Shown: one piece after another, positions 19,363 through 28,659 of the stretch | Numbering within the stretch: position 1 is the stretch's first letter | How the letters are laid out: every line of letters starts with the position of its first letter | Assembly (NCBI GenBank): GCA_963796685.1 | Contig: CAWCMR010000025.1 | Coordinates: 1,952,001 to 2,016,000, forward strand | DNA from: an uncultured delta proteobacterium | GTDB taxonomy: Bacteria > Myxococcota_A > Polyangia > Fen-1088 | Direction: 5' to 3' | Length of the DNA stretch: 64,000 bases | Notes under the pieces: model-generated | What the model was told of the DNA's origin: nothing | Database searches by the model: none | What the model saw: the letters and a program-made list of their open reading frames with translations, nothing else | Program-made: the position numbers and the translations under genes

Positions 19363-20703
19363 ATGATCGGTCAAGGCATCAACACGCAGCGAATCCAACG
19401 ATGGAGTACAGCCGTAGTCTTCGGTCCGAGCGCCCCTGCCGGCGGTCTCAGGCTGACGCTCCACCATGCCTCTATCGACGAGGCACAACGACTACTTCGA
19501 ACCTGGGAGCTTGATAGCATTCCACAGAGGGAGGACTTCAACGATCTCGTCGAGGAAATCGATCGAGAGGCTGCCGAGGACGCCTCGCAGCTTGGCTGGG
19601 GCGTGCAACGCTACGTTCTGCGAGCGACCACCAGCGACGGACGCGAGCTTGGCAGCTTGGCGTTAAGGTACTCGGCGAATGCTGCACAGTCGGGCGAGCT
19701 TGGTGCATTCGTCGACTCGGAGCCGGCGAATGCCCGTGGACAAGTCGCACTGGCGATGCGCCACACGGATGGTGCGTACCGACTTCTAGGTGCCGGGTTT
19801 GGGACCATCCTTGACTCTTTGAATCGGCGTCTGGGTCAGCAAGACGCTCTGTTAGAGAAGACCATGGAGGCGCACTCACGCCTCTATGAGTTGATAGGTG
19901 AAATGGCGGACAAACGCATCGAGCGAGAGGTCTGGGCGGAGACAAAGAAGAAGGAAGCGGAGATCGATCTGCACCGGCAGCTCTCCGAGCTGGATCGCCG
20001 CGATATGTGGACGAAGATGGGCTTCGAGCGGCTGGCGCCCTTGATCCCGGTCTTGCTAACCAAGCTGGGTGGCAAGGGAGCTGCCCCAACACAGGCCACT
20101 CCTCGGGACGAAGTCCTTGCAGGTATCTTCGAAACCTTGACCCCGCAGCAGTTCGCCGTCTTGCAAAGCGCATTGAACGACTCGCAGATGGCGGCGCTGA
20201 TGTCACTGCTTGCCGATCTCCAGGAGGTCCGCTCGCCCGGAATGGCAACGGCCCCGGCGGGGGGGACATCGTCGCCAAATTGCAAGCCGTCAGAAGAAAC
20301 GGGAGTCCTGGCCATGGCGCGCATCAAGCAAGAACTGTTGCCGTGGGCAATCGAACGGTTGAAGTCGGCTCAACCGCTCGACCCACCGACGGAAATGGCC
20401 GCGGCCGTGAAGATCTTCAGACTCCTCGTCACGGCCCTTCCACGCGAACAATACGACGAGCTCGTCACGAAGAACGGACCTCTCACGCCCGCTGAGCGCA
20501 CAGCCTTCGCAAGACTCGCACAGCACCTCAAGCTCGTGCCCGAAGGGGCCGCTGCGCCACCACCGATGGCCGGCAGCAGGTCCCCCGGGAAGACGGCCTC
20601 CACTTTGGCCGAGGCCATCACGAAGGGCATGCCGATCCTGCCCACAGGCTTCGTGTTTAGGCCTCATACGGCAGGTGCAACGGACCCCAAGACAGGTAAG
20701 TAG
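19363..20703 (+). CDS. Hypothetical protein of the integrative element (coiled-coil centre)
   Basis: Long ORF with strong RBS GAGGAGG before ATG 19363; no family recognised. Confidence 0.65.
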   Translation: MIGQGINTQRIQRWSTAVVFGPSAPAGGLRLTLHHASIDEAQRLLRTWELDSIPQREDFNDLVEEIDREAAEDASQLGWGVQRYVLRATTSDGRELGSLALRYSANAAQSGELGAFVDSEPANARGQVALAMRHTDGAYRLLGAGFGTILDSLNRRLGQQDALLEKTMEAHSRLYELIGEMADKRIEREVWAETKKKEAEIDLHRQLSELDRRDMWTKMGFERLAPLIPVLLTKLGGKGAAPTQATPRDEVLAGIFETLTPQQFAVLQSALNDSQMAALMSLLADLQEVRSPGMATAPAGGTSSPNCKPSEETGVLAMARIKQELLPWAIERLKSAQPLDPPTEMAAAVKIFRLLVTALPREQYDELVTKNGPLTPAERTAFARLAQHLKLVPEGAAAPPPMAGSRSPGKTASTLAEAITKGMPILPTGFVFRPHTAGATDPKTGK

Positions 20704-20807
20704 GGCCGGACGCTGGCGCACGGGGCCTCTGACCCTTGCAGATAGGGCGGCTGGGGTGTCCACGGCGAAAGCACGTGTTTGCCCCGTGCGTAAGCTAGAA
20801 TTTGTGG

Positions 20808-21701
20808 ATGGGCAAGACGAAGAAGGGAGGAAATTCTGGAAAGCGCGGTCCCGCGCGGCTAGACCCGAAACCGGAGCAAATTGCTCGAGTACCAGAATTG
20901 CGGACGCGGGCGCGCCGTATTCATCAGTTCAACCAAGGATTCGACTTACTGAGGGAGGCTGCGGCCCTGGCACGCAGCAGCGATGAGAAGATAGACGCTG
21001 CTGAGAAAGTATGGAAGCAGCTGCTGTTGGCCCGCGAACCAAGGAAGGAGCGAACGAAGCTGACCAACCTTGAAACGGAAGGTTGTGCTTCGCCTGGCCT
21101 CGGCACCGAGCGGGCCGGGGGGCCAACAAACGGGGCGGCATCGAACGAGACAACGGCTTCGGCCCGGATGGCCCCGCCGCCTTTCAGTCGACCACGCTAT
21201 TCAGTCGTCACCGACGTGGGAATCGGTGGAAAGCCCGGTCTCCTTATGGCCGCCGCTCGCGGTCTGTTGCGGAGGGTTGACAAGGTTCTCAGGGAGGCGC
21301 TCCGCGAGGCTGCGGACGGTGAGGATGTTGCCGAACCGGGTGAGGGGGTGGATCACATATTCTATCGGCTGATCGAGAGCGAATTGGGACTGAAGGGGAC
21401 GGCAGCCGCGAGGCTGTTGGCTGACGGGAAGAAGCTGGAGAAGATGGAGAAATTCGAGCAGCGGATAGCCGAGGACCGCCTCAGAAAGCGAGTGACTGGA
21501 CGGCAGAAGGCGTCGAAGAAGGTGTTCGATCAGGCAAAGGCGGATTTCTTGCCAGGGTTCCAAGCGGCGCTTGCGAAGCAAGGGATCCAGTTTGATCCGG
21601 GGGACGAGCCATTACTGGATCAGCTTATCCGCCAGACACTCCTTGAGGCCACAGTCGATCCAACGCTTGACCCGCAGGTCCCCCGCGTCAAGCTCCGGTA
21701 A
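20808..21701 (+). CDS. Hypothetical basic helical protein
   Basis: About 297-aa ORF co-oriented with the integrase; no family recognised. Confidence 0.5.
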   Translation: MGKTKKGGNSGKRGPARLDPKPEQIARVPELRTRARRIHQFNQGFDLLREAAALARSSDEKIDAAEKVWKQLLLAREPRKERTKLTNLETEGCASPGLGTERAGGPTNGAASNETTASARMAPPPFSRPRYSVVTDVGIGGKPGLLMAAARGLLRRVDKVLREALREAADGEDVAEPGEGVDHIFYRLIESELGLKGTAAARLLADGKKLEKMEKFEQRIAEDRLRKRVTGRQKASKKVFDQAKADFLPGFQAALAKQGIQFDPGDEPLLDQLIRQTLLEATVDPTLDPQVPRVKLR

Positions 21702-21773
21702 TTCTGGACGCCACCTTCGTTCCAGACGTCCACGACTGGGTTCGTGCGGTCTGGGAGGCTCTTGCTCGCGACC

Positions 21774-22082
21774 ATGCCGAGCGTGCCTCGTACAAGGAAT
21801 ACCCACTTGCTGATCGATGGTGAACCCGTCGGTCTGGATCGCGTTGCCGACGCCATCGCCGACAAGGTGATCGAGCGCCTCGGGCGCCGTGGTATCCTTG
21901 AGGCCTCTGGCATTCGGTCGCACCGCCGAAAGGAGGGCACCCAATGGTGCGACAAGACGAACACCGGGGCCGAGTCCATGGACCGTACCCCAATAGGAGA
22001 CAGTGGCGAATCGTCGTGGTCCATGAAGATGGCCAACGAGATCATCGCTACTTCCCGACGGAAGAAGAAGCAAAACAAGTAG
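21774..22082 (+). CDS. Small ORF overlapping the integrase start; candidate excisionase/recombination directionality factor
   Basis: 102 aa with basic C-terminus (SRRKKKQNK); overlaps the integrase by 139 nt in another frame, as xis/int pairs often do. Confidence 0.4.
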   Translation: MPSVPRTRNTHLLIDGEPVGLDRVADAIADKVIERLGRRGILEASGIRSHRRKEGTQWCDKTNTGAESMDRTPIGDSGESSWSMKMANEIIATSRRKKKQNK

Positions 22083-23122
22083 CTCGATCATTGCGGCGAA
22101 TATTCAAGAAGGCAGCCGCCAAATCTCTCATGAAAGCATTGGAAGAATACGAAGTGTTCATGCGCGACGACCTTGGCAACAAGCCGACGTCGACGAAAAC
22201 GACGGCGGCGCGGTTGACCCAGTTCTTCTTGGGCTACGACGGTAGCCTGGAAGATCTGGACGAGGCCGAGTGTGTCCAACGATACGAGACGCTCCGAAAC
22301 CACACCACGGTTCAGGGCAAGCGTATCGCGGACACCACGCATCTGAACACCTTGGCGCAAGTAAAGACGTTCCTTGCCTGGTGCGTGAAGAAGGGCTGGG
22401 CGAAATCCAACTCGGCGGCGAACGTCGAAGGGAAGGGGAAGTATCGGCACGGGAAACCACAACTTCGTGTCGATGAGGCGAGGCGGTGGCTGGCGACGGC
22501 GCTGAAGATCGCCCGAAAGGCGGAATCGGAAGGTGAGAAGGAAGGGGCGTTGAAGGCTATCCTAACGCTGGTGTTGGGGCTGCGAGAGTCGGAGGTGCTG
22601 AACCGACAGGTTCGGGACGTCGACGATGGTGGGCGTTTGTTGTGGATCCCTGACACGAAGACGGAGGCAGGGCGGCGAACGCTGGAGGTGCCCGACGAGA
22701 TTGTTTCTCTCCTGCTTCGGCAGGCTGGGAACAGGCCCGGGATGGAGCCGCTCTTCGCGCACCGGACACGTGGTATCGGGAGGAAGTGGGTCCAGCGGAT
22801 CTGTCGGCGTGCCGGGGTGATGGTGGTCGGAGCGCAATCGATGAGGGGCCTGCACGCCACCCTCGCCGTGAAGGCTGGCATCACCAGCCACGCGGTGGCC
22901 TCGGCGTTGGGCCACACGTCGTTCTCCACGACAGCGCGGAGCTACGCCAAGCCCGAGGCGGTGGCGGGGGCCAAGCAGCAGCGAGCGATGGCGGCGTTGA
23001 TCTCACCAACGCCTGCGAACGAAAACGCCGACGAGCACCTAGACGGAGAGAAGTTGCACAACTTTCTGCACAACTTTTCGCCGTCTTCAGCTACAGCGTC
23101 AAAAGGCCGGTTGGCCAACTAA
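21944..23122 (+). CDS. Tyrosine recombinase/integrase
   Basis: GLRESEV (Arg), TKTEAG (Lys), QSMR (HxxR position), ALGH, RSY; RBS AAGGAGG; ends 21 bp from a tRNA 3' end. Confidence 0.92.
   Translation: MVRQDEHRGRVHGPYPNRRQWRIVVVHEDGQRDHRYFPTEEEAKQVARSLRRIFKKAAAKSLMKALEEYEVFMRDDLGNKPTSTKTTAARLTQFFLGYDGSLEDLDEAECVQRYETLRNHTTVQGKRIADTTHLNTLAQVKTFLAWCVKKGWAKSNSAANVEGKGKYRHGKPQLRVDEARRWLATALKIARKAESEGEKEGALKAILTLVLGLRESEVLNRQVRDVDDGGRLLWIPDTKTEAGRRTLEVPDEIVSLLLRQAGNRPGMEPLFAHRTRGIGRKWVQRICRRAGVMVVGAQSMRGLHATLAVKAGITSHAVASALGHTSFSTTARSYAKPEAVAGAKQQRAMAALISPTPANENADEHLDGEKLHNFLHNFSPSSATASKGRLAN
23055..23077 (+). repeat. Direct repeat TGCACAACTTT x2, probable integrase arm-type binding sites
   Basis: 11-bp copies at 23055 and 23067, about 70 bp from the tRNA end. 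Confidence 0.55.
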
Positions 23123-23143
23123 CCAGAAATACTAGCTTAAATG

Positions 23144-23216
<73 letters not shown>

Positions 23217-23241
23217 TTGACCCGGCGAGCCGGGTGCAGGG

Positions 23242-23269
23242 ATTGTACTTAGGACGATCAGGTTTGCAA
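23242..23269 (-). promoter_or_regulatory. sigma70 promoter of tRNA-Ala
   Basis: Minus strand TTGCAA-N16-TACAAT, 25 nt upstream of the tRNA. Confidence 0.7.
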
Positions 23270-23300
23270 CCGGGAACTGGACTCGTCGTATTCTCGGCCC

Positions 23301-24095
23301 GTGGGACGCGAGGACAAGAGTCCGACCGAGGAAGCCGAAACTCCGCCAAAGGCCAGCAAGGTGCGCGCGGACGTGGCGGTTTTCGAGCAGGGGCTGGCGC
23401 CATCGCGCGAGCGGGCGCAGGCGCTCATCCTGGCCGGCCAGATCCTGTGCGGCGATAGGCCGGTGGACAAGGCGGGCGAGAAGCTGGCGGCGGGCGCGGT
23501 CCTGCGCCTGCGCGGCGAGCCCATGCCCTTCGTCTCGCGCGGGGGGCTCAAGCTGGCCCATGCGCTGGAGGTCTTCAAGGTGGAGGTGGCCGGCGTGGTG
23601 GCGGTGGACGTGGGGGCGTCGACGGGCGGATTCACCGACTGTCTGCTGCAGCGGGGGGCCGGCCGCGTGTACTGCATCGACGTGGGGCACGGCCAGCTCG
23701 ATTGGAAGGTCGCCTCCGACGCGCGTGTGGTGGTCATCGACCGCACCAACATCCGCCACATGCCGCCCGAACGCATTCCCGAGCGCTGCTCGCTCGCCGT
23801 GGTCGACGTCTCGTTCATCTCGCTGCGTCTGGTGTTGCCCACGTTGCCCCCGCTGCTGGTGCCGGGCGCGCCCGCGGTGGTGCTGGTCAAGCCGCAGTTC
23901 GAGGTGGGGCGGGAGAGGGTCGGCAAGGGCGGCATCGTGCGCGACGAGGGGGATCGGCGGCAAGCCATCGACGACGTGGCAAAGTCGGCCCTATCGCTCG
24001 GGTTCGCGGTCCTCGGCGAAACCACGTCGCCCATCACCGGGGGCAAGGGGAATGTGGAGTTTCTGCTCCATCTGCGGTTACCATCGACGCCATGA
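23301..24095 (+). CDS. tlyA: TlyA family rRNA methyltransferase
   Basis: S4 domain, FVSRGGLKL, DVGASTGGFTDCLLQRGA, DVSFISL, VKPQFE, SPITGGKGNVEF. Confidence 0.96.
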   Translation: MGREDKSPTEEAETPPKASKVRADVAVFEQGLAPSRERAQALILAGQILCGDRPVDKAGEKLAAGAVLRLRGEPMPFVSRGGLKLAHALEVFKVEVAGVVAVDVGASTGGFTDCLLQRGAGRVYCIDVGHGQLDWKVASDARVVVIDRTNIRHMPPERIPERCSLAVVDVSFISLRLVLPTLPPLLVPGAPAVVLVKPQFEVGRERVGKGGIVRDEGDRRQAIDDVAKSALSLGFAVLGETTSPITGGKGNVEFLLHLRLPSTP

Positions 24096-25060
24096 AGATC
24101 CTGCTTACGGGCGCCGCCGGGTTCATCGGCTCGCACCTTGCCGAGAGACTGTGTGGCCGCGGCGACGGCGTGACCGGCTTCGATAACTTCGACCCGTTCT
24201 ATCCACGCGAGGGGAAGGAGCGGAACGTGGCCGGGCTGCTTGCGCGCAAGGATTTCCAGCTGGTCGAGGGTGACCTGACCGATCCGCACGACGTGGATCA
24301 GGCGTTCGACGTGGCGGGGCAAGTCGACGCCGTCGTGCACCTGGCCGCGCTGGCAGGCGTGCAGCCGTCCATCGCCAATCCCGGTCGCACCTGGAACGTG
24401 AACGTCAACGGAACCTTGCACTTGCTCCACGCCTGCCGCGAACGCGGGGTGAAGCGCCTCGTGTTCGCCTCGTCGTCCTCGGTGTATGGCCTCGACAGCG
24501 ATGTGCCCTTTTCCGAATCCGATCCGTGCGGCCATCCCATGTCGCCCTACGCCGCGACCAAGCGCGCGGGCGAGCTGATGGCCTTCAACCACCATCACCT
24601 GTACGGCGCGAGCGTCACCTGCCTGCGCTTCTTCACCGTGTACGGTCCGCGCCAGCGCCCCGATCTCGCCATTCACAAGTTCACGCGCCTCATCGCCGCC
24701 GGACAACCCATCGAGCTCTTCGGCGACGGCACCACCTCGCGCGATTACACCTGGATCGACGACATCCTCGACGGTGTGGTCGCCGCCATCGACCAGCAGG
24801 TCCGGGATCCGCGAACCGCGTATCGCATCTACAACTTGGGCGGCTCGCGGCCGACCACCTTGCGCGAGCTGGTCGACCGCATCCAGTCGGCGCTGGGCAA
24901 GCAGGCCGTCATCGCGTGGAAGCCCGAGCAGCCGGGCGACATGAAACACACCCTGGCCGATGTCGACCTGGCGCAGGGCGATCTCGGCTACTCGCCCAAG
25001 GTGTCCATCGACGTCGGCATCCCGCGCTTCGTCGACTGGTGGCGGTCGGCGAATCGTTGA
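24092..25060 (+). CDS. NAD-dependent epimerase (UDP-glucuronate 4-epimerase-like)
   Basis: MKILLTGAAGFIGSH, ASSSSVYG, YAATK, LRFFTVYGPRQRPD; ATGA overlap with tlyA. Confidence 0.93.
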   Translation: MKILLTGAAGFIGSHLAERLCGRGDGVTGFDNFDPFYPREGKERNVAGLLARKDFQLVEGDLTDPHDVDQAFDVAGQVDAVVHLAALAGVQPSIANPGRTWNVNVNGTLHLLHACRERGVKRLVFASSSSVYGLDSDVPFSESDPCGHPMSPYAATKRAGELMAFNHHHLYGASVTCLRFFTVYGPRQRPDLAIHKFTRLIAAGQPIELFGDGTTSRDYTWIDDILDGVVAAIDQQVRDPRTAYRIYNLGGSRPTTLRELVDRIQSALGKQAVIAWKPEQPGDMKHTLADVDLAQGDLGYSPKVSIDVGIPRFVDWWRSANR

Positions 25061-25062
25061 GA

Positions 25063-25124
25063 TGGAAACCCTGGGAGGGTTTCCAAACCTTCCCGCGATG
25101 GTTCGCGGCCGGCAAAGCCGGCCG
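25063..25124. repeat. Multi-hairpin REP-like element / bidirectional terminator
   Basis: TGGAAACCCT-GGG-AGGGTTTCCA, CCGCGA-TGGT-TCGCGG and CGGCCGGC-AAA-GCCGGCCG between convergent genes. Confidence 0.55.
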
Positions 25125-25147
25125 GCTCCCCACGCGACTGCCCCAAA

Positions 25148-25669
25148 TCAAGTCGGATACACGATGTTCGTGATGGTCAGCTCGCGCTGGCCCTTGTCCC
25201 AGCGAACCTGCACGGTGTCGCCGATCTCCTTGCCGATGAGCCCCCGGCCCACGGGCGACTGCCACGAGATGGCGCCGCCCGCGCTGTCGATCTCGTCCGA
25301 GCCCACGATGCTGAAGGTCTGCTTTTCGCCCTCCTCGTCCTCGACCGTGACGGTGGCGCCGAAGAAGACCCGGTCGCGCCGCTTCTGTTCGCGCGCGTCC
25401 ACGATCACGGCGATGTCCAGACGTTTGCCGAGGAAGCGCATGCGCCCGTCGATCTGGCGCAGCTGGCGTTTGCGGTAGATGTACTCGGCGTTTTCCGAGC
25501 GGTCGCCTTCGGCGGCGGCGTCGGTGAGGGCGCTCACCACCTCGGGCCGCTTCTTGGTCTGCAGAAAGTCGAGCTCCTGGGTCAGCTTGTGGTAGCCGGC
25601 CGGCGTGATGTAGTTCTTCTCGCCTTTGGTTTCTTTCTCTCTGGGCGGGTCGAGGGTTTTGCGCACCAT
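25148..25669 (-). CDS. greB: Transcription elongation factor GreB
   Basis: NYITPAGY, AAAEGDRSENAEYIYRK, VFFGATV, ISWQSPVGRGL. Confidence 0.95.
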   Translation of the reverse strand: MVRKTLDPPREKETKGEKNYITPAGYHKLTQELDFLQTKKRPEVVSALTDAAAEGDRSENAEYIYRKRQLRQIDGRMRFLGKRLDIAVIVDAREQKRRDRVFFGATVTVEDEEGEKQTFSIVGSDEIDSAGGAISWQSPVGRGLIGKEIGDTVQVRWDKGQRELTITNIVYPT

Positions 25670-25732
25670 GGGTACCCCCAGTCTAGGATGAAGATCGCTT
25701 TTGCGGGAATTTGGTGTAGAGCAAAGGCCATC

Positions 25733-26116
25733 ATGCTCGGAAATGCGGAAGCCTTGATTGTGCTCGTCAAGTTTGACTCGAAGGGTCTCGTGCCCGTCAT
25801 CGCCCAGGACCGCGCCACCGGCGTGGTGCGCATGCTGGCCTGGGCCAACAGCGAAGCCTTGCGCGCGACCATCGCCAAGGAGCGCGCCACCTTCTGGAGC
25901 CGCTCGCGCAGCGAGCTGTGGGAAAAGGGCGCCACCAGCGGCAACTCGATGAAGGTGTACGACGTGCGCCTCGACTGCGACGGCGACGCCATCTTGTACA
26001 TCGTGGATGCCATGGGACCGTCCTGCCACACGGGGGCGACCTCGTGCTTCTTCCGCACCGTCACGCCGGACGGACTCGCGACCGACGACGGTCCGGCCAG
26101 CTTCAACAAAGCCTAA
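25733..26116 (+). CDS. hisI: Phosphoribosyl-AMP cyclohydrolase
   Basis: GLVPVIAQD, FWSRSRSELWEKGATSGN, DCDGD, CHTGATSCF. Confidence 0.95.
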   Translation: MLGNAEALIVLVKFDSKGLVPVIAQDRATGVVRMLAWANSEALRATIAKERATFWSRSRSELWEKGATSGNSMKVYDVRLDCDGDAILYIVDAMGPSCHTGATSCFFRTVTPDGLATDDGPASFNKA

Positions 26117-26130
26117 CCTAGGCTAGCCTC

Positions 26131-28113
26131 TTGCTGCTCGAAGAGTCCGTGGCCGAGATCCTTCGTCCGGGCGGAGCGCTGGCACACGCCCTGCCGGGGT
26201 ACGAGCCGCGGCCGGGGCAGCTGGCCATGGCCGAGCGGGTGGCGCGGGCCATCGATCTCGACGAGCGCCTCCTCGTCGAGGCGGGCACGGGCACGGGCAA
26301 GACCATGGCCTACCTCGTGCCCGCCATCCTCTCCGGCCGCCGCGTGGTGGTGTCGACGGGAACGCGCAACCTGCAGGATCAGATCGCCAGCGTGGATCTG
26401 CCGCGCCTCGGCCGTGTGCTGCCGCGGCCGTTTTCGTTCGCGGTGATGAAGGGCATCGGCAACTACGTGTGCCTGCGCCGCTTGGCCGAGCACCAACGGC
26501 AGCTGACCTTCGCCACCGGCCCCGAGACGGCCCGCGTTCTCGATTGGGTCGGGCGCAGCAAGACCGGCGACCGCGCCGACCTCGACGGGGTTCCCGAGGA
26601 CGCGCCCATCTGGCGCGAGATTGTGTCCAGCCCCGAAACCCGCCTGGGCAAGCGCTGTCCCTTCGTCGCCGATTGCTTCATCACCGGCATGCGCCGACGC
26701 GCCCAGGAGGCGCAGGTCGTGGTCGTCAACCATCACCTCTTCTTCGCGGATCTGGCCCTGCGCAGCCGCTTTCCCGAGGCCCAGGTGCTGCCCAGCTACG
26801 AGGCGGTCGTCTTCGACGAAGCCCATCAGCTCGAAGACGTGGCCACCGAGATCTTCGGCGTGCAGGCGTCATCGCTGCGCCTCTTCGCCTTGGGGCGGGA
26901 CATCGAGCGCGCGCCCGTGGAGTCGCTGGCCGCCGTACGTGTGGAATCCGCGGCGCGGCGGCTGGAGGCGGCGACCCATGTGCTGGTCCAGGTCCTGCGC
27001 GGGCGGCTGCCGCGCAAGCTCGGCGACGGCGAGGACTTGCGCATGCCCATGCCCGACGATCTGTGGCAGGGCGAGGTGCTGGCCCGCTACCACGAGCTCG
27101 ATACGGTTCTCGAGGAAGCGACGGTCATGCTCGGCCGCCTGGCCGAGGACGACATGAGCGATGCGCTCCGCTCTTCGTCGCCGTCGCCGGCCAAGGCCGC
27201 CGTGCTCGCGGGCCTGTCGCAGCGGGCGCAAATCCTGCGCGCGGATCTGGGCGAGATCGTCGGTAGCGCGCGCCGCGATTCGGTGCGCTGGATCGCGCTG
27301 TCCTCGCGCAACGTGACCCTGCGCGCGTCGCCGGTAGCTGTGGCGCCGCTTCTACGCCAAACCTTCGACGGTCATCCCGGACCCCTGGTCTTCACCTCGG
27401 CGACCCTGTCGGCTGCCGGATCCTTCAAGTACATGCGCGAGCGGCTGGGATTGGTGGACACCGCGGCCGAGGCTGTCTTTTCGTCGCCGTTCCGCTACCG
27501 CGAGCAGGCTCTGCTCTACCTCGCCGAGGATCTTCCCGACCCGACCCAAGAGGGATTCGCCGAGGCGGCGGCCAGGCGCGCGCTCGAGCTGTGCCGGCTT
27601 TCGCACGGACGCGCGCTCTTGCTCTTCACCAGCTTCAGGAACCTGCGCGTCGCCGAGCACGTGTTTCGCACCGACGACGGGTTCCCGCTTCTGGTCCAAG
27701 GCGAACGCCCGCGCCAGGCGCTGCTCGCCCAGCTGCGCACGCGCGTGGGCTCGGTGCTGCTGGCCACCCAGAGCTTCTGGGAGGGCGTCGATGTACCCGG
27801 CGAGGCCCTGTCGCTGGTCGCCATCGATCGCTTGCCCTTCGCGGTCCCCGACGATCCCCTGACCGCCGCGCGCATCGAGAGCATCCGCGAGGACGGCGGC
27901 GATCCTTTTGCCAGTTACCAGATCCCGCGCGCCGCTCTCGCGCTCAAGCAGGGCTTCGGCCGCCTCATTCGCAGCCGCAAGGATCGCGGCGTGGTGGCCA
28001 TCCTGGACGGCCGCATCCTGCGCAGGAACTACGGCGCCACTCTCCTCAAGAGCTTGCCCGAACCCTGCCCTCGCACCCACCTGCTCGACGACGTGCGCGC
28101 TTTTTTCAGATAG
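26131..28113 (+). CDS. DinG/YoaA family ATP-dependent DNA helicase
   Basis: EAGTGTGKT, VVVNHHL, DEAH, FTSATL, SFWEGVDVPG, QGFGRLIR. Confidence 0.94.
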   Translation: MLLEESVAEILRPGGALAHALPGYEPRPGQLAMAERVARAIDLDERLLVEAGTGTGKTMAYLVPAILSGRRVVVSTGTRNLQDQIASVDLPRLGRVLPRPFSFAVMKGIGNYVCLRRLAEHQRQLTFATGPETARVLDWVGRSKTGDRADLDGVPEDAPIWREIVSSPETRLGKRCPFVADCFITGMRRRAQEAQVVVVNHHLFFADLALRSRFPEAQVLPSYEAVVFDEAHQLEDVATEIFGVQASSLRLFALGRDIERAPVESLAAVRVESAARRLEAATHVLVQVLRGRLPRKLGDGEDLRMPMPDDLWQGEVLARYHELDTVLEEATVMLGRLAEDDMSDALRSSSPSPAKAAVLAGLSQRAQILRADLGEIVGSARRDSVRWIALSSRNVTLRASPVAVAPLLRQTFDGHPGPLVFTSATLSAAGSFKYMRERLGLVDTAAEAVFSSPFRYREQALLYLAEDLPDPTQEGFAEAAARRALELCRLSHGRALLLFTSFRNLRVAEHVFRTDDGFPLLVQGERPRQALLAQLRTRVGSVLLATQSFWEGVDVPGEALSLVAIDRLPFAVPDDPLTAARIESIREDGGDPFASYQIPRAALALKQGFGRLIRSRKDRGVVAILDGRILRRNYGATLLKSLPEPCPRTHLLDDVRAFFR

Positions 28114-28128
28114 TGTGGTGGAAACCGA

Positions 28129-28608
28129 CTATTTCCCTCGCCTGAAATACGCCGCCTGCGCCAGGTCGCTGGCGGACTCGTCGGCTCGGCGCTCGGCCTT
28201 TCGCTTTGCCTCGGCGTCCGCGCGCTCGCGGAGCTTCTCGATAGCCGCGCGTGACTTGCGGGCTTCCTCGTAGGCGGCCTGGGCCGCGCTCTCGGCCGCC
28301 AGGGCCGTCGCCAATCCCGTCCGGCGGTGTTCTTCGGCGAGGCTGGCCAAGCGGGCCGCCTCGTCGCGCAGGCGAACGAGGTAGTGCCCGCGCGCCGCGG
28401 CCTGCGCCGCCGTGGTCGGGCTCGGGCCGATGGCCAGGCGTCCATCCTCGCGCGCCGCCCTGTCGCGGGCCTCTTGCCAGCGCGCCATCAGCCGCGCCTG
28501 TTCTTCTTCCTCCTTGCGACGCAGGGAAGCGGCCAGGTCGAGCGCTCGTCGTGCGCCCTCCTCGGCGTTGCGCCGGAGGTCAAGCAGGGTTTGCAAGGCA
28601 GAAGACAT
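28129..28608 (-). CDS. FliJ/YscO-like coiled-coil protein
   Basis: LQTLLDLRRNAEE start and Ala/Glu/Arg coiled coil ending AERRADESASDLA, the FliJ-type pattern. Confidence 0.55.
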   Translation of the reverse strand: MSSALQTLLDLRRNAEEGARRALDLAASLRRKEEEEQARLMARWQEARDRAAREDGRLAIGPSPTTAAQAAARGHYLVRLRDEAARLASLAEEHRRTGLATALAAESAAQAAYEEARKSRAAIEKLRERADAEAKRKAERRADESASDLAQAAYFRRGK

Positions 28609-28659
28609 GGAAGCTGCGTGGCGTTGCGTCTTGGGCCAAGGGAGCTTAGTGTTGACCCA

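Noticed and set aside
1-23143. Second att site (duplicate of the tRNA-Ala 3' end)
   Set aside because: Not found by eye in the intergenic regions; probably left of the window, though a short or degenerate copy could have been missed.
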